A stretch of DNA of 62,745 bases, counting the filler. It is 9 parts of 9 records of this genome, joined end to end, with 100 filler letters (N's around TTAATTAATTAA, not from the genome) between each part and the next. Parts side by side here need not be neighbours in the genome. Positions count along the whole stretch, not along the records: positions 20,100 to 30,259 come from DRR723986_32479; positions 30,360 to 37,485 come from DRR723986_32484; 7 more parts are not named here. The stretch is one strand, 5' to 3'. Made by a program: the position numbers and the translations under genes. Below, piece after piece: positions 21,531-31,802 of the stretch; position 1 is the first letter of the stretch, and each line of letters starts with the position of its first letter. The notes below the pieces were generated by a model that ran no database searches, had not been told where the DNA came from, and worked only from the letters and a program-made list of their open reading frames with translations.

Positions 21531-21983
21531 CTAGGCGGTAGCTGCGGCATGGATTGCTTCGCGGATGCGAACATATGTACCGCAACGGCAAATGTTCCCG
21601 GACATGGCATCATCAATCTGTTCGTCGGTCGGAGCAGGATTGGTGTTCAAGAGTGCGATTGCTGACATGATCTGCCCCGATTGGCAGTAGCCGCATTGCA
21701 CGACCTCCTTTTCGAGCCACGCATTCTGGATCTTGGCGCCATTGTCGGTCTTTGCGACGCCTTCGATAGTAGTGATCTCTTCGTCCCCGATCATGTCCAT
21801 CGTCGTTTGGCATGATCTTACCGCCTCGCCATCCACGTGTACTGTGCACGCGCCGCACTGGGCGATACCGCAACCAAATTTTGTGCCAGTCATCAAGAGG
21901 AGGTCGCGCAGAACCCAGAGGAGGGGCATATCATCGGGTGCGTCGACCTCATGGATCACTCCGTTTACGTTCAAGCTTTTCAT
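21531..21983 (-). CDS. (2Fe-2S)-binding subunit (IorA-like)
   Basis: [31 protein letters not shown]. Confidence 0.95.
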   Translation of the reverse strand: MKSLNVNGVIHEVDAPDDMPLLWVLRDLLLMTGTKFGCGIAQCGACTVHVDGEAVRSCQTTMDMIGDEEITTIEGVAKTDNGAKIQNAWLEKEVVQCGYCQSGQIMSAIALLNTNPAPTDEQIDDAMSGNICRCGTYVRIREAIHAAATA

Positions 21984-22011
21984 TGGAAGTCTCCGTTGCA
22001 GAAATCGATAG

Positions 22012-22404
22012 TCAATTTGCCGAGGATCTCAGGAAGGCGATAATGTCGGCTCGGTCCTGATCCTTCTTGATCACAAGCGTCATGCGCGCTTTCTTGACCA
22101 CAGAGGCAGGATCCTTGAGAAAGGCATCAAGTGTCGGCTCGTCCCAGATGAGATCGGCAGTACTCAGGGCGGTCGAGTACTTATAGTCTTTGGCTGTTCC
22201 GGACCGGCGCCCGACAATGTTTTTCAACCCTGGTCCAATCTTATTTTTTTCTGTTAAAGTGTGACAGGCAGCGCACCTGGCGAAGAGCTTTTTCCCGTTG
22301 TCGGCATCACCGGCTGCCTGTGCAGCCGTCACCGAAAAAGCAAACATAAGTAGGCAAACCAGCTTGCCTGCAGATACCAATGTCATCTGGACCTCCGACG
22401 TCAT
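22012..22404 (-). CDS. Cytochrome c (c2-like)
   Basis: Signal peptide, CAACH heme motif, KIGPGL, C-terminal DIIAFL; start uncertain (22386-22425). Confidence 0.9.
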   Translation of the reverse strand: MTSEVQMTLVSAGKLVCLLMFAFSVTAAQAAGDADNGKKLFARCAACHTLTEKNKIGPGLKNIVGRRSGTAKDYKYSTALSTADLIWDEPTLDAFLKDPASVVKKARMTLVIKKDQDRADIIAFLRSSAN

Positions 22405-23767
22405 GAACTCCGCCAGGGACTGCAAGCACGAATGCCATATTCATGGCTCGTCAAGCGATCTGCCAGCAGCCCCATCATTGCCATTGTGGGCATTTGATAT
22501 TGGATAATCCGATCACCTCTCGGAGTGAATTGCGCCTTTGTTCCACGCCAGAAATCTCAGTGAAGGGGAATAGAGTGCTGGAGCTGCCAGGCAGCACTTC
22601 GATTACACTTGTCCCGCCCGCATATCTGCGCAAGCACGGAGGGGAGAGGCGGCTCCCCGCATGGGGCAGAAACAATTTCTGCGCCCGACAGATCAAGAGA
22701 CCCCATTGACCAGGAGCTGAAATACGAAAGACACGAGGGGGCTCAATTGGCTCGCATCGCCGGAAAGCTTGGCGTCTCAATCGAAGGTGTCTGCTTGTAG
22801 ATTCTTAAATATGGCTCCCGACATTTCCATCGTCGGCGCCGAAACTTACAAGATCAGGCTCTCCTGACTGCTACTGTCCTGACATCGTCAGAGTGTCGGC
22901 GCGCTTGTTAGCGGGCGATGGAGAAGAGGGTCATCGCGTCGACAAAAAGAGCGGATAGCCAAGCGGACCAGATAGATATGCACGGAAGTGACACTTCTGC
23001 ATCTGCAACCATCGCATCAGTGGAATCAACCTGCAGCTCTGAACACCCGGAAAGCGACTTTGGTTCTTGTTTGAAACTCTGCGAAACACGAACTCCTGAA
23101 CATCAAGGAAGGGGAGACGCTCATGATCCAAGGTTTACGCCACTTCTGTCCGCTCAGAACCGTGGTAATCTCCCTTCTTCCTGTTGGTGTCCGTTGGGAT
23201 TGGCATAATGGCCGCATCACGAGTTGGCACAAACGTCTAAGCGTGCCTTCGCAGAGTACGCCCGACTCCACTCCAGATATTTTACCTAACTTTCAAGCTG
23301 ATGGACGCCAGCAAGATTCACCTGATATTAGTTAGAGTTTCCGGGCACCCATTACCGCCTGAAACTTTCTGTAAGAAATAAATCGCCAGCATCAATCCGG
23401 TATGGTTCGTCCCGAGATCAGAGGACTTTGATCGACTTACTAGTTTCCTGCGGCTGCAAGACAGCCTCCAAGAAGGAATTTGAACTGCTGTGGAGAAAAT
23501 GCTGGCCATAGAATTCGCCGAGCATTGGCGAGTGCACAATTTCTTTCTCTACTGGAACTCCGACGAACTGTGCCGTATCCTTTGAAATAGCTGTTGTTAC
23601 GAAGGTAGAAGTCCTCTGCGAGTTCTCGAATGACATCAACACAGCTTTTTCGGAGTTGCCGAACCCAGACTCCACCCTCTCTATCGGGTCAGCTTGGTAG
23701 ATTGCGGCAGAGATCAGGCCACAAGGCATGGGGTCGGCAAACCGGTTTCAGCCGCCCCCTTGAGCGT

Positions 23768-24577
23768 CTATGCGGGCTTAAGAGCCTTGTACCGTTCGGC
23801 CGGCTGACTACTGGAAAGATGCGGGAGCATTGCCTGGCGTGCGGTCTCCCAGACTTCCCACTCTTCCTGATTCTCGAGAGAGGGGATTGTCACAAACTCT
23901 TCCCTGTCCAGACCAATAAGTGCAGCGTCCACTAGATCGTTTGCTGACATCACCCAGGACTGGGGGAGCTCCGACACTGGCAGACCGGCCACATCCCAGA
24001 AATCTGTGCCTGTAGCGCCAGGGAGCACGACCTGAACACCGACGCCCGTGCCAACGAGTTCCTTGCGAAGTGAATGGCTGAAAGACAGCACGAATGATTT
24101 CGTCCCCCCATAGACACCATTGAGGATTTCCGGGCCAATAGCCACAATTGATGAAATGTTGACGACGGTACCTCGCCCCCGGGCTTTGAAGGCCGGGATT
24201 GCGGCGTATGTCAGACGCATGACTGCTGTCACATTGATTGCAATCATCTGCTGCATCTCATCGACAGAGGAAGTTTCAAGCGGCGTGGCGCTGCCGAAAC
24301 CGGCGTTGTTGACCAGGTGGGTGATCTCATTGTTTTGCGAAAGAATCTCTTCAATGCCTTTAAGGTCAGCGTTTCTGGTGAGATCGGCGGCGATGGTGTC
24401 AACTTTCACGCCATGCCGGAAGATCAGGTCAGATGCTACCATATTGAGGCGCTCGCGGTTTCTGGCGACCAGGATAAGGTTCTTACCGCGTGCAGCGAAA
24501 CGGTCGGCGTAAACCGCACCAATACCGGAAGAAGCGCCGGTGATCACGACTGTGCCCTTGTTTCGGGAAATTTCCAT
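23768..24577 (-). CDS. Short-chain dehydrogenase/reductase
   Basis: TGASSGIG, LVNNAG, YGGTK (YxxxK). Confidence 0.95.
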   Translation of the reverse strand: MEISRNKGTVVITGASSGIGAVYADRFAARGKNLILVARNRERLNMVASDLIFRHGVKVDTIAADLTRNADLKGIEEILSQNNEITHLVNNAGFGSATPLETSSVDEMQQMIAINVTAVMRLTYAAIPAFKARGRGTVVNISSIVAIGPEILNGVYGGTKSFVLSFSHSLRKELVGTGVGVQVVLPGATGTDFWDVAGLPVSELPQSWVMSANDLVDAALIGLDREEFVTIPSLENQEEWEVWETARQAMLPHLSSSQPAERYKALKPA

Positions 24578-24664
24578 TTCTTAAATCCCTTCTTTAGCGA
24601 CGGGATGATGTCACCGTATGACTTCAGTGCCCTTCAGCACCTAGGAGGTAGCACTGGACTTCTT

Positions 24665-24700
24665 TGTCTCAAATGACATATAACCATAAAAAAAGGACAT
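24665..24700 (-). promoter_or_regulatory. Putative GlxA-family operator/promoter motif, copy 1
   Basis: Minus strand ATGTCCT-N10-TTATATGTCATTTGAGACA; 27/36 identical to 26901-26936. Confidence 0.6.
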
Positions 24701-24734
24701 GGCATCCAGTAACAGGAAAGAAAGGAACTGCGGG

Positions 24735-25670
24735 ATGCGGCACATCGGATTCATCATGGAGGATGGTTTCCAGGTCATGGGCGTCGCCGCGCTGACGGCG
24801 TTCGAGTTCGCCAATATCGAACTCGGTCGCGAGGCCTATAAGCTCACCGTTATGTCAGAGACAGGCGGAATGGTCCGCAGCACGTTGGGGATACGACTCG
24901 AAACTAGCCCGCTGATCGAGTGGCCGGACACATTGCTGGTCGTCGGAGAACTTGTACCTCAGCCCCTGTCTCCAGCATTGAACAGTTACATTCAAGGGGC
25001 AGCAGGTCACGTCCGGCGGGTCGCCGGTGTGTGCACAGGTGCATTTGCGCTTGCTCATGCCGGTTTGCTGGATGGCAGGCGGGCGACGACCCACTGGGCA
25101 TTAGCCCGCAACTTGCAGGAACGGTTCCCATTGATAAGAGTTGAAGATGATCGAATTTTCATTGCCGATGGGAACATCTGGACATCCGCAGGCATGAGTG
25201 CGGCGATCGATCTCACCCTTGCGCTTATTGAGGATGACCATGGCGCAGCTTTGTCCCGAAACGTCGCCCGACGATTGGTTGTTTACCATCGCCGTCCGGG
25301 CGGTCAGTCGCAGTTTTCAGCGCTTCTTGAATTGGAGCCGAAGTCAGATCGAGTTCAGCGTGCGCTCAGCTATGCAAAGGAAAACCTTCGAAATCCTCTC
25401 ACAGTTGATGAACTCGCCGGAGCGGCAAATCTCAGTCCACGTCAGTTCAGTCGCGTCTTTACGGAGGAAACCGGTCGGTCTCCAGCCAAAGCGGTTGAAC
25501 AACTTAGGTTGGAGGCAGCAAAGGTAATGCTTGAAGAAGGCCTATTTTCGTTGGACGAGGTTGCACGCGAGACCGGATTTTCGGACAGAGACAGAATGCG
25601 AAGAGCATTCCTGCGTAGTTTTGGTCAGCCGCCTCAGATAATGCGACGTAGTGTCCGGCTCATGGAATAG
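24735..25670 (+). CDS. GlxA family transcriptional regulator (DJ-1/PfpI + AraC HTH)
   Basis: VCTGAF, ATTHW, WTSAG, RRPGGQSQFS, AraC double HTH. Confidence 0.95.
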   Translation: MRHIGFIMEDGFQVMGVAALTAFEFANIELGREAYKLTVMSETGGMVRSTLGIRLETSPLIEWPDTLLVVGELVPQPLSPALNSYIQGAAGHVRRVAGVCTGAFALAHAGLLDGRRATTHWALARNLQERFPLIRVEDDRIFIADGNIWTSAGMSAAIDLTLALIEDDHGAALSRNVARRLVVYHRRPGGQSQFSALLELEPKSDRVQRALSYAKENLRNPLTVDELAGAANLSPRQFSRVFTEETGRSPAKAVEQLRLEAAKVMLEEGLFSLDEVARETGFSDRDRMRRAFLRSFGQPPQIMRRSVRLME

Positions 25671-26857
25671 ATTTTGGAATTCGCCAGCTGAGACCAAAGC
25701 TACCGCTTCTCAAGCTTCCACTAAAGTAGCTCAACATTCCATATTAGTAAATTTGACACAGATATGTTTTAACGCAGCACAAACTTGATGACCTATTCGC
25801 TTTACTTTGGATCGACTGCCGGTTTACGAAGGCCGTCATTAGGCAAATCGAGACATCCATCGGTCCAGCCTAAGACCTCACATACTCAAATTGGTTTCTG
25901 TTAAGTAACAGATGTTTCGGTCTTGGACAGCCACTCACCGGCGAGAACCGCAGCCTCAAATAGATAGAAAATAGCACGGCAAGCCTGACTAGATTTGACG
26001 GGTATATCTAATTTCTGTCGACCTAGGTACGCTATAATCTGCCGTCGTTCGCATGGAATGGAGAAGCAATTTGAAAAAGACTTCAAGCCAAAATCTGGCT
26101 GCATAGCAGCCACGACCGCGTTGCCATCAAACAAGACGCCCTAATGGTGGCCACTCTTCAGATTGCATCAGCAATTTAGCGGCGCAACGGACAATTGCGG
26201 CCCGGCAATTTCGGTGTATGTCCAATGATCTAAGCGTTATCCACCTAGAAAGCGCAGGCAGTGGTCAATCACAATGCCGCGAAGCCCGAGACCATCTCGC
26301 AAATGGCTATAAGGTTGTGGCTGAAGTGATCGTCCAGTTTGGCGCTTAATACGCAGATGTTCTTATTCGGTCGCTCGATGGTATTGTCGCGCAGCAACTG
26401 CGCTAAAAGATGCTCACCTTGTCCGTCATCTGGTCGTCGTCAAGCCTTGGTGGTATAACCGATAGAGCCCATCCATGTTCACGCGTGCAATAAGTCATAG
26501 AACGCGACGTCAACGATGACATCGATTACCTTTTCCGTATCCGGCGGTAAAGCGTCGCTCGCTTGGATAGCGGTAGTTCCTAACCCAAGCTCCCCCAGTG
26601 TTACCTAGGCCTACTTAGCGCAGATCAAGGCCAACTCTAGATGGCCGGGGTCTTGGCCCCGGTGAAGGATCTTCATATTCCAATCCTGATCGCCATCAGC
26701 GCCTTCAATGTGATGCTTCCCGCTTGCCGTTTCTTCTGTCTGCTGCAGCAGGTGCCAGACGCCAAGCCTTCTTGTTTCAGGAGACTGATGATTTCGCGAC
26801 ACAGATCGCCTCCATTTCACCTGACACATTAGGAATGTCTGAGCAGAATAATACAAT

Positions 26858-26882
26858 ACCCGGCCACCACGCCGGGTTTTTT
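26858..26882 (+). terminator. Intrinsic terminator-like hairpin upstream of the second SDR promoter
   Basis: ACCCGGC-caccac-GCCGGGT then T-run. Confidence 0.55.
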
Positions 26883-26900
26883 ATGTGTTCAGCAATGAAT

Positions 26901-26936
26901 ATGTCCTGAAATGTCGCTTATATGGCATTTGAGACA
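26901..26936 (+). promoter_or_regulatory. Putative GlxA-family operator/promoter motif, copy 2
   Basis: ATGTCCT-N10-TTATATGGCATTTGAGACA, 66 nt upstream of the SDR start. Confidence 0.6.
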
Positions 26937-27002
26937 TTAACCTAAGTAGACATATTAAGCTCTCCAAAGGCGCTCTGGTGGCGCAAAAGAAAGGACCATC
27001 CC

Positions 27003-27761
27003 ATGCAATTGACCGGCAATACAATCTTTATTACCGGCGGCACCTCTGGCATTGGCCGTGCTCTCGCCGAGGCTTTTCACGCGCTCGGCAACAAGGTCAT
27101 CATCGCCGGTCGACGCAAAGCACTGCTTGACGAGATAGCTTCGAATAGTCCGGGCATTGAAGGAGTGGAACTCGACATCTCCGATGTAACCGACATCGAT
27201 CGTGTCGCAGCGCAGCTGATTCACGACTACCCAAATTTGAACGTCTTAATCAATAATGCCGGTATCATGCCGTTTGACGATCCGTCGCACCGTATTGACG
27301 ACGCGACGTCACGCCTCATACTTGATACGAATCTGCTTGGCCCGATCCGAATGGCGTCCGCGCTGATCGAGCACCTCAAATCCCAGCCGCGAGCGACGAT
27401 TATTCATAATACCTCGGTTCTCGCATATGTGCCGATCGCCACTAATGCGGTCTATTCGGCTTCGAAAGCCGCGTTGCATTCCTATGCTATGTCGCAGCGT
27501 TTCATGTTGAAGGAAACTAATGTAACGGTGCAGGAAATTGCTCCACCATGGGTCGATACCGATCTTATCAAGAAGAGCGGTGATCCGCGCGCCATGCCGC
27601 TTGATACTTTCATCGCAAAAACCATGAAAGGTCTTGAGACCGAAGCACCGGAGGTCTTCGTAGACGAGATCCGCGCCCTGCGTGACAATCCGGGCCTGAA
27701 CGAACACGAACTGGTCAATGGCTTCAATGCCGAGATCGCAGCCAACCCTATCCCAGTCTGA
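27003..27761 (+). CDS. Short-chain dehydrogenase/reductase (DltE-like)
   Basis: MQLTGNTIFITGGTSGIG, INNAG, YSASK, EIAPPWVDT. Confidence 0.93.
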   Translation: MQLTGNTIFITGGTSGIGRALAEAFHALGNKVIIAGRRKALLDEIASNSPGIEGVELDISDVTDIDRVAAQLIHDYPNLNVLINNAGIMPFDDPSHRIDDATSRLILDTNLLGPIRMASALIEHLKSQPRATIIHNTSVLAYVPIATNAVYSASKAALHSYAMSQRFMLKETNVTVQEIAPPWVDTDLIKKSGDPRAMPLDTFIAKTMKGLETEAPEVFVDEIRALRDNPGLNEHELVNGFNAEIAANPIPV

Positions 27762-27775
27762 CATCTGTCATAACG

Positions 27776-27803
27776 GTGGAGCCTGAATGAATTCAGGCTC
27801 CAC
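27776..27803. other. Intergenic 13-bp stem-loop between SDR and MFS genes
   Basis: GTGGAGCCTGAAT-ga-ATTCAGGCTCCAC; no U-tract. Confidence 0.6.
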
Positions 27804-27821
27804 TCCAGAAAGACTTGCCAC

Positions 27822-29024
27822 ATGTCCGTGTCGATCACTCAGACATCCCATACGACACTTGTTCCGGCAGCATTCCTTGCGCTTGGAACCTTTGCCATCG
27901 GTACTGAAGGATTCATGATTGCTCCGCTGCTGCCGGTCCTGGCTGAAGATTTTGGGATGGCCGCCCCGACAATGGCTCTCTTGGTTATCTTGTTCACGCT
28001 TGTTCTGGCCGTATCCTCACCGTTCACAACGGTTGCAACCAGCATGCTACCTCGAAGAAAAGTACTGCTGATCGCCATGTCAGTCTTTGCAATCGGCAAT
28101 CTCGTTGCAGCACTGTCATCCTCTTTCGCCCTCCTCCTGGGAGCGCGAGTTCTAATGGCCATTGGTGCCGGCCTCTACATGCCGGCTGCAAGCGGTCTTG
28201 CTGGTGTCATAGTGCCTCTCGAAATGCGTGGGCGCGCGCTCGCAATAGTTAGCGCTGGCCAGACATTGGCCATCGCTCTCGGCTTGCCTCTAGGTGGCCT
28301 AATCGGTCATGCCTTCGGGTGGCGAACAACCTTCCTGCTGGTTGGTGCCATGAGCGTCACGGCAATTTTAGGAATCCTTGCAGGGATTGCGCGCGACGCA
28401 GGCCATGGAATAGCAGTGGCAAGCCTACGGGATCGTTTTCTTGTTATCCATCAACGTCCGGTTCTGCGACTGCTAGCCGTCAGTTTCTTCTGGTCGATCG
28501 GCGCTTTTACCGCCTATCCCTATATCGCCGAATATCTCATAACCGTTTTGTCCTTCGGGCCGATAGCAATCACCGCAACAGTTTCGCTCTGGGGTCTGTC
28601 AGCCGCAGCCGGCGTGATAACTGGAGGAATTGTGAACGACCAATTCGGCGCGAAACGCGTTGTGCTTTGGTCACTCGGTTCCTTGGGACTGTCTTTTCTG
28701 GTGCTGGCGATAGCATCTGTCCTTCCGCCAGCAATCTCACTGATCCCAGTTCTTGGCGCAATCATTCTCTGGGGCTTTACCGTCTGGTCGTTCTTTCCAG
28801 CACAGATGTCACGGTTGATAGGGGCTGGACCGCCATCGCAAGCACCCGTCGCCTTGGCGCTAAACACATCGACCATGTATTTTGGCTTCTCCGCCGGTAG
28901 CGCGCTCGGTGCGATCGTACTCGGCACGGGCGCCATATGGGGCATCGGTGCACTCGCAGCACTAGCAGAGCTGACCGCTGTGATCGTGAATGCCTCCATA
29001 GTCACAAAGGCAGATTCCAATTAG
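27822..29024 (+). CDS. MFS transporter (DHA1-like)
   Basis: About 12 TMs; LALGTFAIGTEGF, RGRA, FGWR motifs. Confidence 0.92.
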   Translation: MSVSITQTSHTTLVPAAFLALGTFAIGTEGFMIAPLLPVLAEDFGMAAPTMALLVILFTLVLAVSSPFTTVATSMLPRRKVLLIAMSVFAIGNLVAALSSSFALLLGARVLMAIGAGLYMPAASGLAGVIVPLEMRGRALAIVSAGQTLAIALGLPLGGLIGHAFGWRTTFLLVGAMSVTAILGILAGIARDAGHGIAVASLRDRFLVIHQRPVLRLLAVSFFWSIGAFTAYPYIAEYLITVLSFGPIAITATVSLWGLSAAAGVITGGIVNDQFGAKRVVLWSLGSLGLSFLVLAIASVLPPAISLIPVLGAIILWGFTVWSFFPAQMSRLIGAGPPSQAPVALALNTSTMYFGFSAGSALGAIVLGTGAIWGIGALAALAELTAVIVNASIVTKADSN

Positions 29025-29119
29025 GCGGCTAACCTCTCCAGCCAGACCCAACCCAGCAAATTCATCTTCCACGAACGGCGATTGTTCGCCTCGAAAAGCG
29101 GCTCGAAAGGAGCAATCAA

Positions 29120-29659
29120 ATGACTTCTCGCATCGACACACCCACCGCAGCCTCTGCGTCCGGTGAAACGGCCGACGTGTTTGCGGCGATCCATAAATCC
29201 ATAGGCATGGTACCAAATGCATATGCCGCCATTGGTTCCCTGAGTACCCCGGCCTTGCAAGCCATGCTCGCCGCCGACGCTGCACTTGCCCGCGGCTCTC
29301 TCTCTGCCCAGGACCGCGAAACCGTTAAACTCGTAGTGAGTGCGATTGCCGGCTGCGATTATTGCGTGGCGGCGCATAGCCTCGCCGGCAAGGCAACAGG
29401 CATTCCGGTCGATATTGTGCGCGCAATCCGCGAGCTGAAGTCGACGGGGGATCCACGCCGCGATGCGATTGTCCGTTTTGTCCGTGTCCTTCAGGAGAAC
29501 AGAGGAACCATCGACCAGGCTGATCTCGAGGCGTTCCGGTCGGCTGGTTTCCCCGACCAAGCCGTTGTCGATGTCGCGCTGGCGATTGCAGTCATCACCT
29601 TCACCAACGTGTTCAATCGCATCAACAACACCACCGTCGACTTCCCTGATCTGAAATGA
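29120..29659 (+). CDS. Carboxymuconolactone decarboxylase/AhpD-like peroxidase-related protein
   Basis: GMVPN, GCDYCVAAH (CxxC), FTNVFN. Confidence 0.9.
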   Translation: MTSRIDTPTAASASGETADVFAAIHKSIGMVPNAYAAIGSLSTPALQAMLAADAALARGSLSAQDRETVKLVVSAIAGCDYCVAAHSLAGKATGIPVDIVRAIRELKSTGDPRRDAIVRFVRVLQENRGTIDQADLEAFRSAGFPDQAVVDVALAIAVITFTNVFNRINNTTVDFPDLK

Positions 29660-29669
29660 CTGACTAGAC

Positions 29670-29738
29670 GGGCCTGATGATGTAGACGCCCACCTTCCCA
29701 CATCAAGGTCAGCGGTGGGCGTCTACATCATCAGGCCC
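29670..29738. repeat. Perfect 25-bp inverted repeat with 19-nt loop
   Basis: GGGCCTGATGATGTAGACGCCCACC ... GGTGGGCGTCTACATCATCAGGCCC. Confidence 0.85.
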
Positions 29739-30059
29739 TCAGGGGTGAACTCTGTCCATTTCACCAATTCGCGAACCTCGCCGTCTGATATGGGAATTGA
29801 AATTGCCGCTTTTTACCAGAGACAAATTTTTGCAACAAAACCAGTCAACTTTAAGCTGACCAAATCCGTGCGTTCATTGGGGCTGTGAAAGGGTGCTCAC
29901 AGAAAATAGCCCTCACTAGGTGAAACAACTGGTTTAACTCCAACAGGATGCTTTCCATTTGAAAACCTTGGGAAGGACCCATGCGCCCTTTTTATTGCCG
30001 GTGATGTGGCGTATCCAGACACAATACAACTCACCTTTTCTGTCTCTCCTGGAAACCTC

Positions 30060-30259
30060 ATGCCGTTTGCGCCGACGTCACTCGAACGTATTTATTTGCT
30101 TTGGGACAAACTGGCCGACTACGACGTCGGGGATATCCACGCCTCGCGCCGGTTCCTACTCGAGACGATCTGCGGCCTCATTGACGCGCAGAATTCGGAT
30201 TGGATAGGCTGTGTACGATTGAACTCGCCCCAGTCGCGCGATCCGATGAAAGGCTGGCG
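30060..30259 (+). CDS. Probable LuxR-type HTH regulator, N-terminal fragment (truncated by contig end)
   Basis: LWDKLADY...LIDAQN..WIG.VR...DPMKGW resembles N-termini of regulators found beside CMD genes; HTH not in window. Confidence 0.45.
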
Positions 30260-30359
30260 NNNNNNNNNNNNNNNNNNNNNNNNNNNNNNNNNNNNNNNNN
30301 NNNTTAATTAATTAANNNNNNNNNNNNNNNNNNNNNNNNNNNNNNNNNNNNNNNNNNNN
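30260..30359. other. Artificial contig linker
   Basis: 44 N + TTAATTAATTAA + 44 N. Confidence 0.99.
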
Positions 30360-30399
30360 AGACAGGAGGCCTTGCGGCAGATTGACTTGAGCCTTGTGC

Positions 30400-30430
30400 C
30401 TCAGTGCCAAACAGAAAGCTCAAACAAGCC
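30400..30430 (+). repeat. Diverged copy of the dispersed CAAACA-AAAGCTCAAA repeat
   Basis: CTCAGTGCCAAACAGAAAGCTCAAACAAGCC; first 14 nt recur at 37460-37473; core resembles 12775-12804. Confidence 0.55.
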
Positions 30431-30633
30431 TGAGATGCAAATGCAATGCCGCAGCTCAAAGCGCTCAGAAAGTATTTTCAAAAATTCACCACCCGGATGG
30501 TTACCTCTGCTGAAGTCGTGACATTAACTTGTGAGCCCTGCCAAAACACCCGCGGATTGAGGCCGAGTGCTCGAGACAAACCCTATTCACTGCAGTCCAA
30601 AAATGGGCTGAAAAAAGACTTGGAGAGCTGATT

Positions 30634-31032
30634 ATGAAGTCAATTAAACAATACCTTTTGTTAAGTGCTGCCAAGCTGTTGTTGTTTGCTGTAGTATTTG
30701 CATGTGCGTCTTTAGTAGCACATGCCGCCTGTGATGACATTCGTATCAACAACAACACCGATGACGATATAACCATTCAGCAAGTTACCTTTGTGCTTGA
30801 TGGAGGTGGCTTTGAAGTCGAAGGTGCACAGACCATTCCGGCGAATTGTTATATCGAATGTCCATCTGGTGATAACTGTATGGGGCCGGCTACCACCTGT
30901 CCTGGATATCGTTATGACGCCAACTTTTGGGAAGTGGTTATTGATGGTGTTGCCTACCAATGCTGCGGTGTGATCCTTTTGCCGAACGGTGTGCAAATGA
31001 CAATTACACCATGTGAGATAACATTTGATTAA
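30634..31032 (+). CDS. Small secreted Cys-rich protein
   Basis: GGAGAG RBS, signal peptide ending AHA, eight Cys in the mature part. Confidence 0.7.
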   Translation: MKSIKQYLLLSAAKLLLFAVVFACASLVAHAACDDIRINNNTDDDITIQQVTFVLDGGGFEVEGAQTIPANCYIECPSGDNCMGPATTCPGYRYDANFWEVVIDGVAYQCCGVILLPNGVQMTITPCEITFD

Positions 31033-31223
31033 AGTAAAAAACAGAATATGCTGCGTCTGGTAGTAGTTGTAGTCTGGTCCGCGTCCTTAAGCTCTCAAGT
31101 GAGTAGCGTCGTGTTAAACGCCGTGAAATACTTCTGCGCTTAAAGGCGTGGACTTGCTTGGATTGTAATCAAAAGTGTTTACTTTGGCTCAGATTAACGC
31201 AGGTATTGTGACGCGGTGAAACT

Positions 31224-31802
31224 ATGCCAGACAAGTATGAGAAGGAATTGGCGGGGATTCGTGCCGGAGAAACGGCCGTGCTGCGCAGAGTGTACCGCCT
31301 GTATTTTCCTGCGGTCGAACAAATGGTGCGCAACACCAACGGCAGCCCGGCTGATGCTCAGGATGTTTTTCAGGAGGCCTTGATAATTGTTTACGACAAA
31401 CTGCAACGCGATGATTTGCAATTGAGCAGTACAATACAAACCTACATCTATGCCGTGTGCCGTAAACTTTGGTTAAACATGGCGCGGCGGAAATATCGAG
31501 AGTTAGAGTCTACGGAGCTGAGTATCCCGGAGCAAGCGGCACCGGAAGATATCCTGCACGACATTGAACGTCACGAGCGCTATCGTCTTTATCAACGCCA
31601 CTTTGCGAGTCTGGCGGAGGGCTGCCGAAATATCTTGCGCATGTTTTTTGAGGGGCATGCACTTAAACAGATTGCTCAGGCACAGGGTGTTGAGAGTGAA
31701 AACTACATCAAAACACGCAAATACAAGTGTAAAAAGGCGCTGATAGCCGCAATTAAACAAGACCTTGAGTATAGAGAATTGGTGAGTGACGATGGACGCT
31801 GA
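31224..31802 (+). CDS. ECF-type RNA polymerase sigma factor
   Basis: DAQDVFQEA (region 2), YIYAVCRKLW, region 4 ending KTRKYKCKKAL. Confidence 0.92.
   Translation: MPDKYEKELAGIRAGETAVLRRVYRLYFPAVEQMVRNTNGSPADAQDVFQEALIIVYDKLQRDDLQLSSTIQTYIYAVCRKLWLNMARRKYRELESTELSIPEQAAPEDILHDIERHERYRLYQRHFASLAEGCRNILRMFFEGHALKQIAQAQGVESENYIKTRKYKCKKALIAAIKQDLEYRELVSDDGR

Noticed and set aside
26400-26850. Possible integrase or regulator remnants
   Set aside because: Fragments are too short and interrupted to assign by eye.
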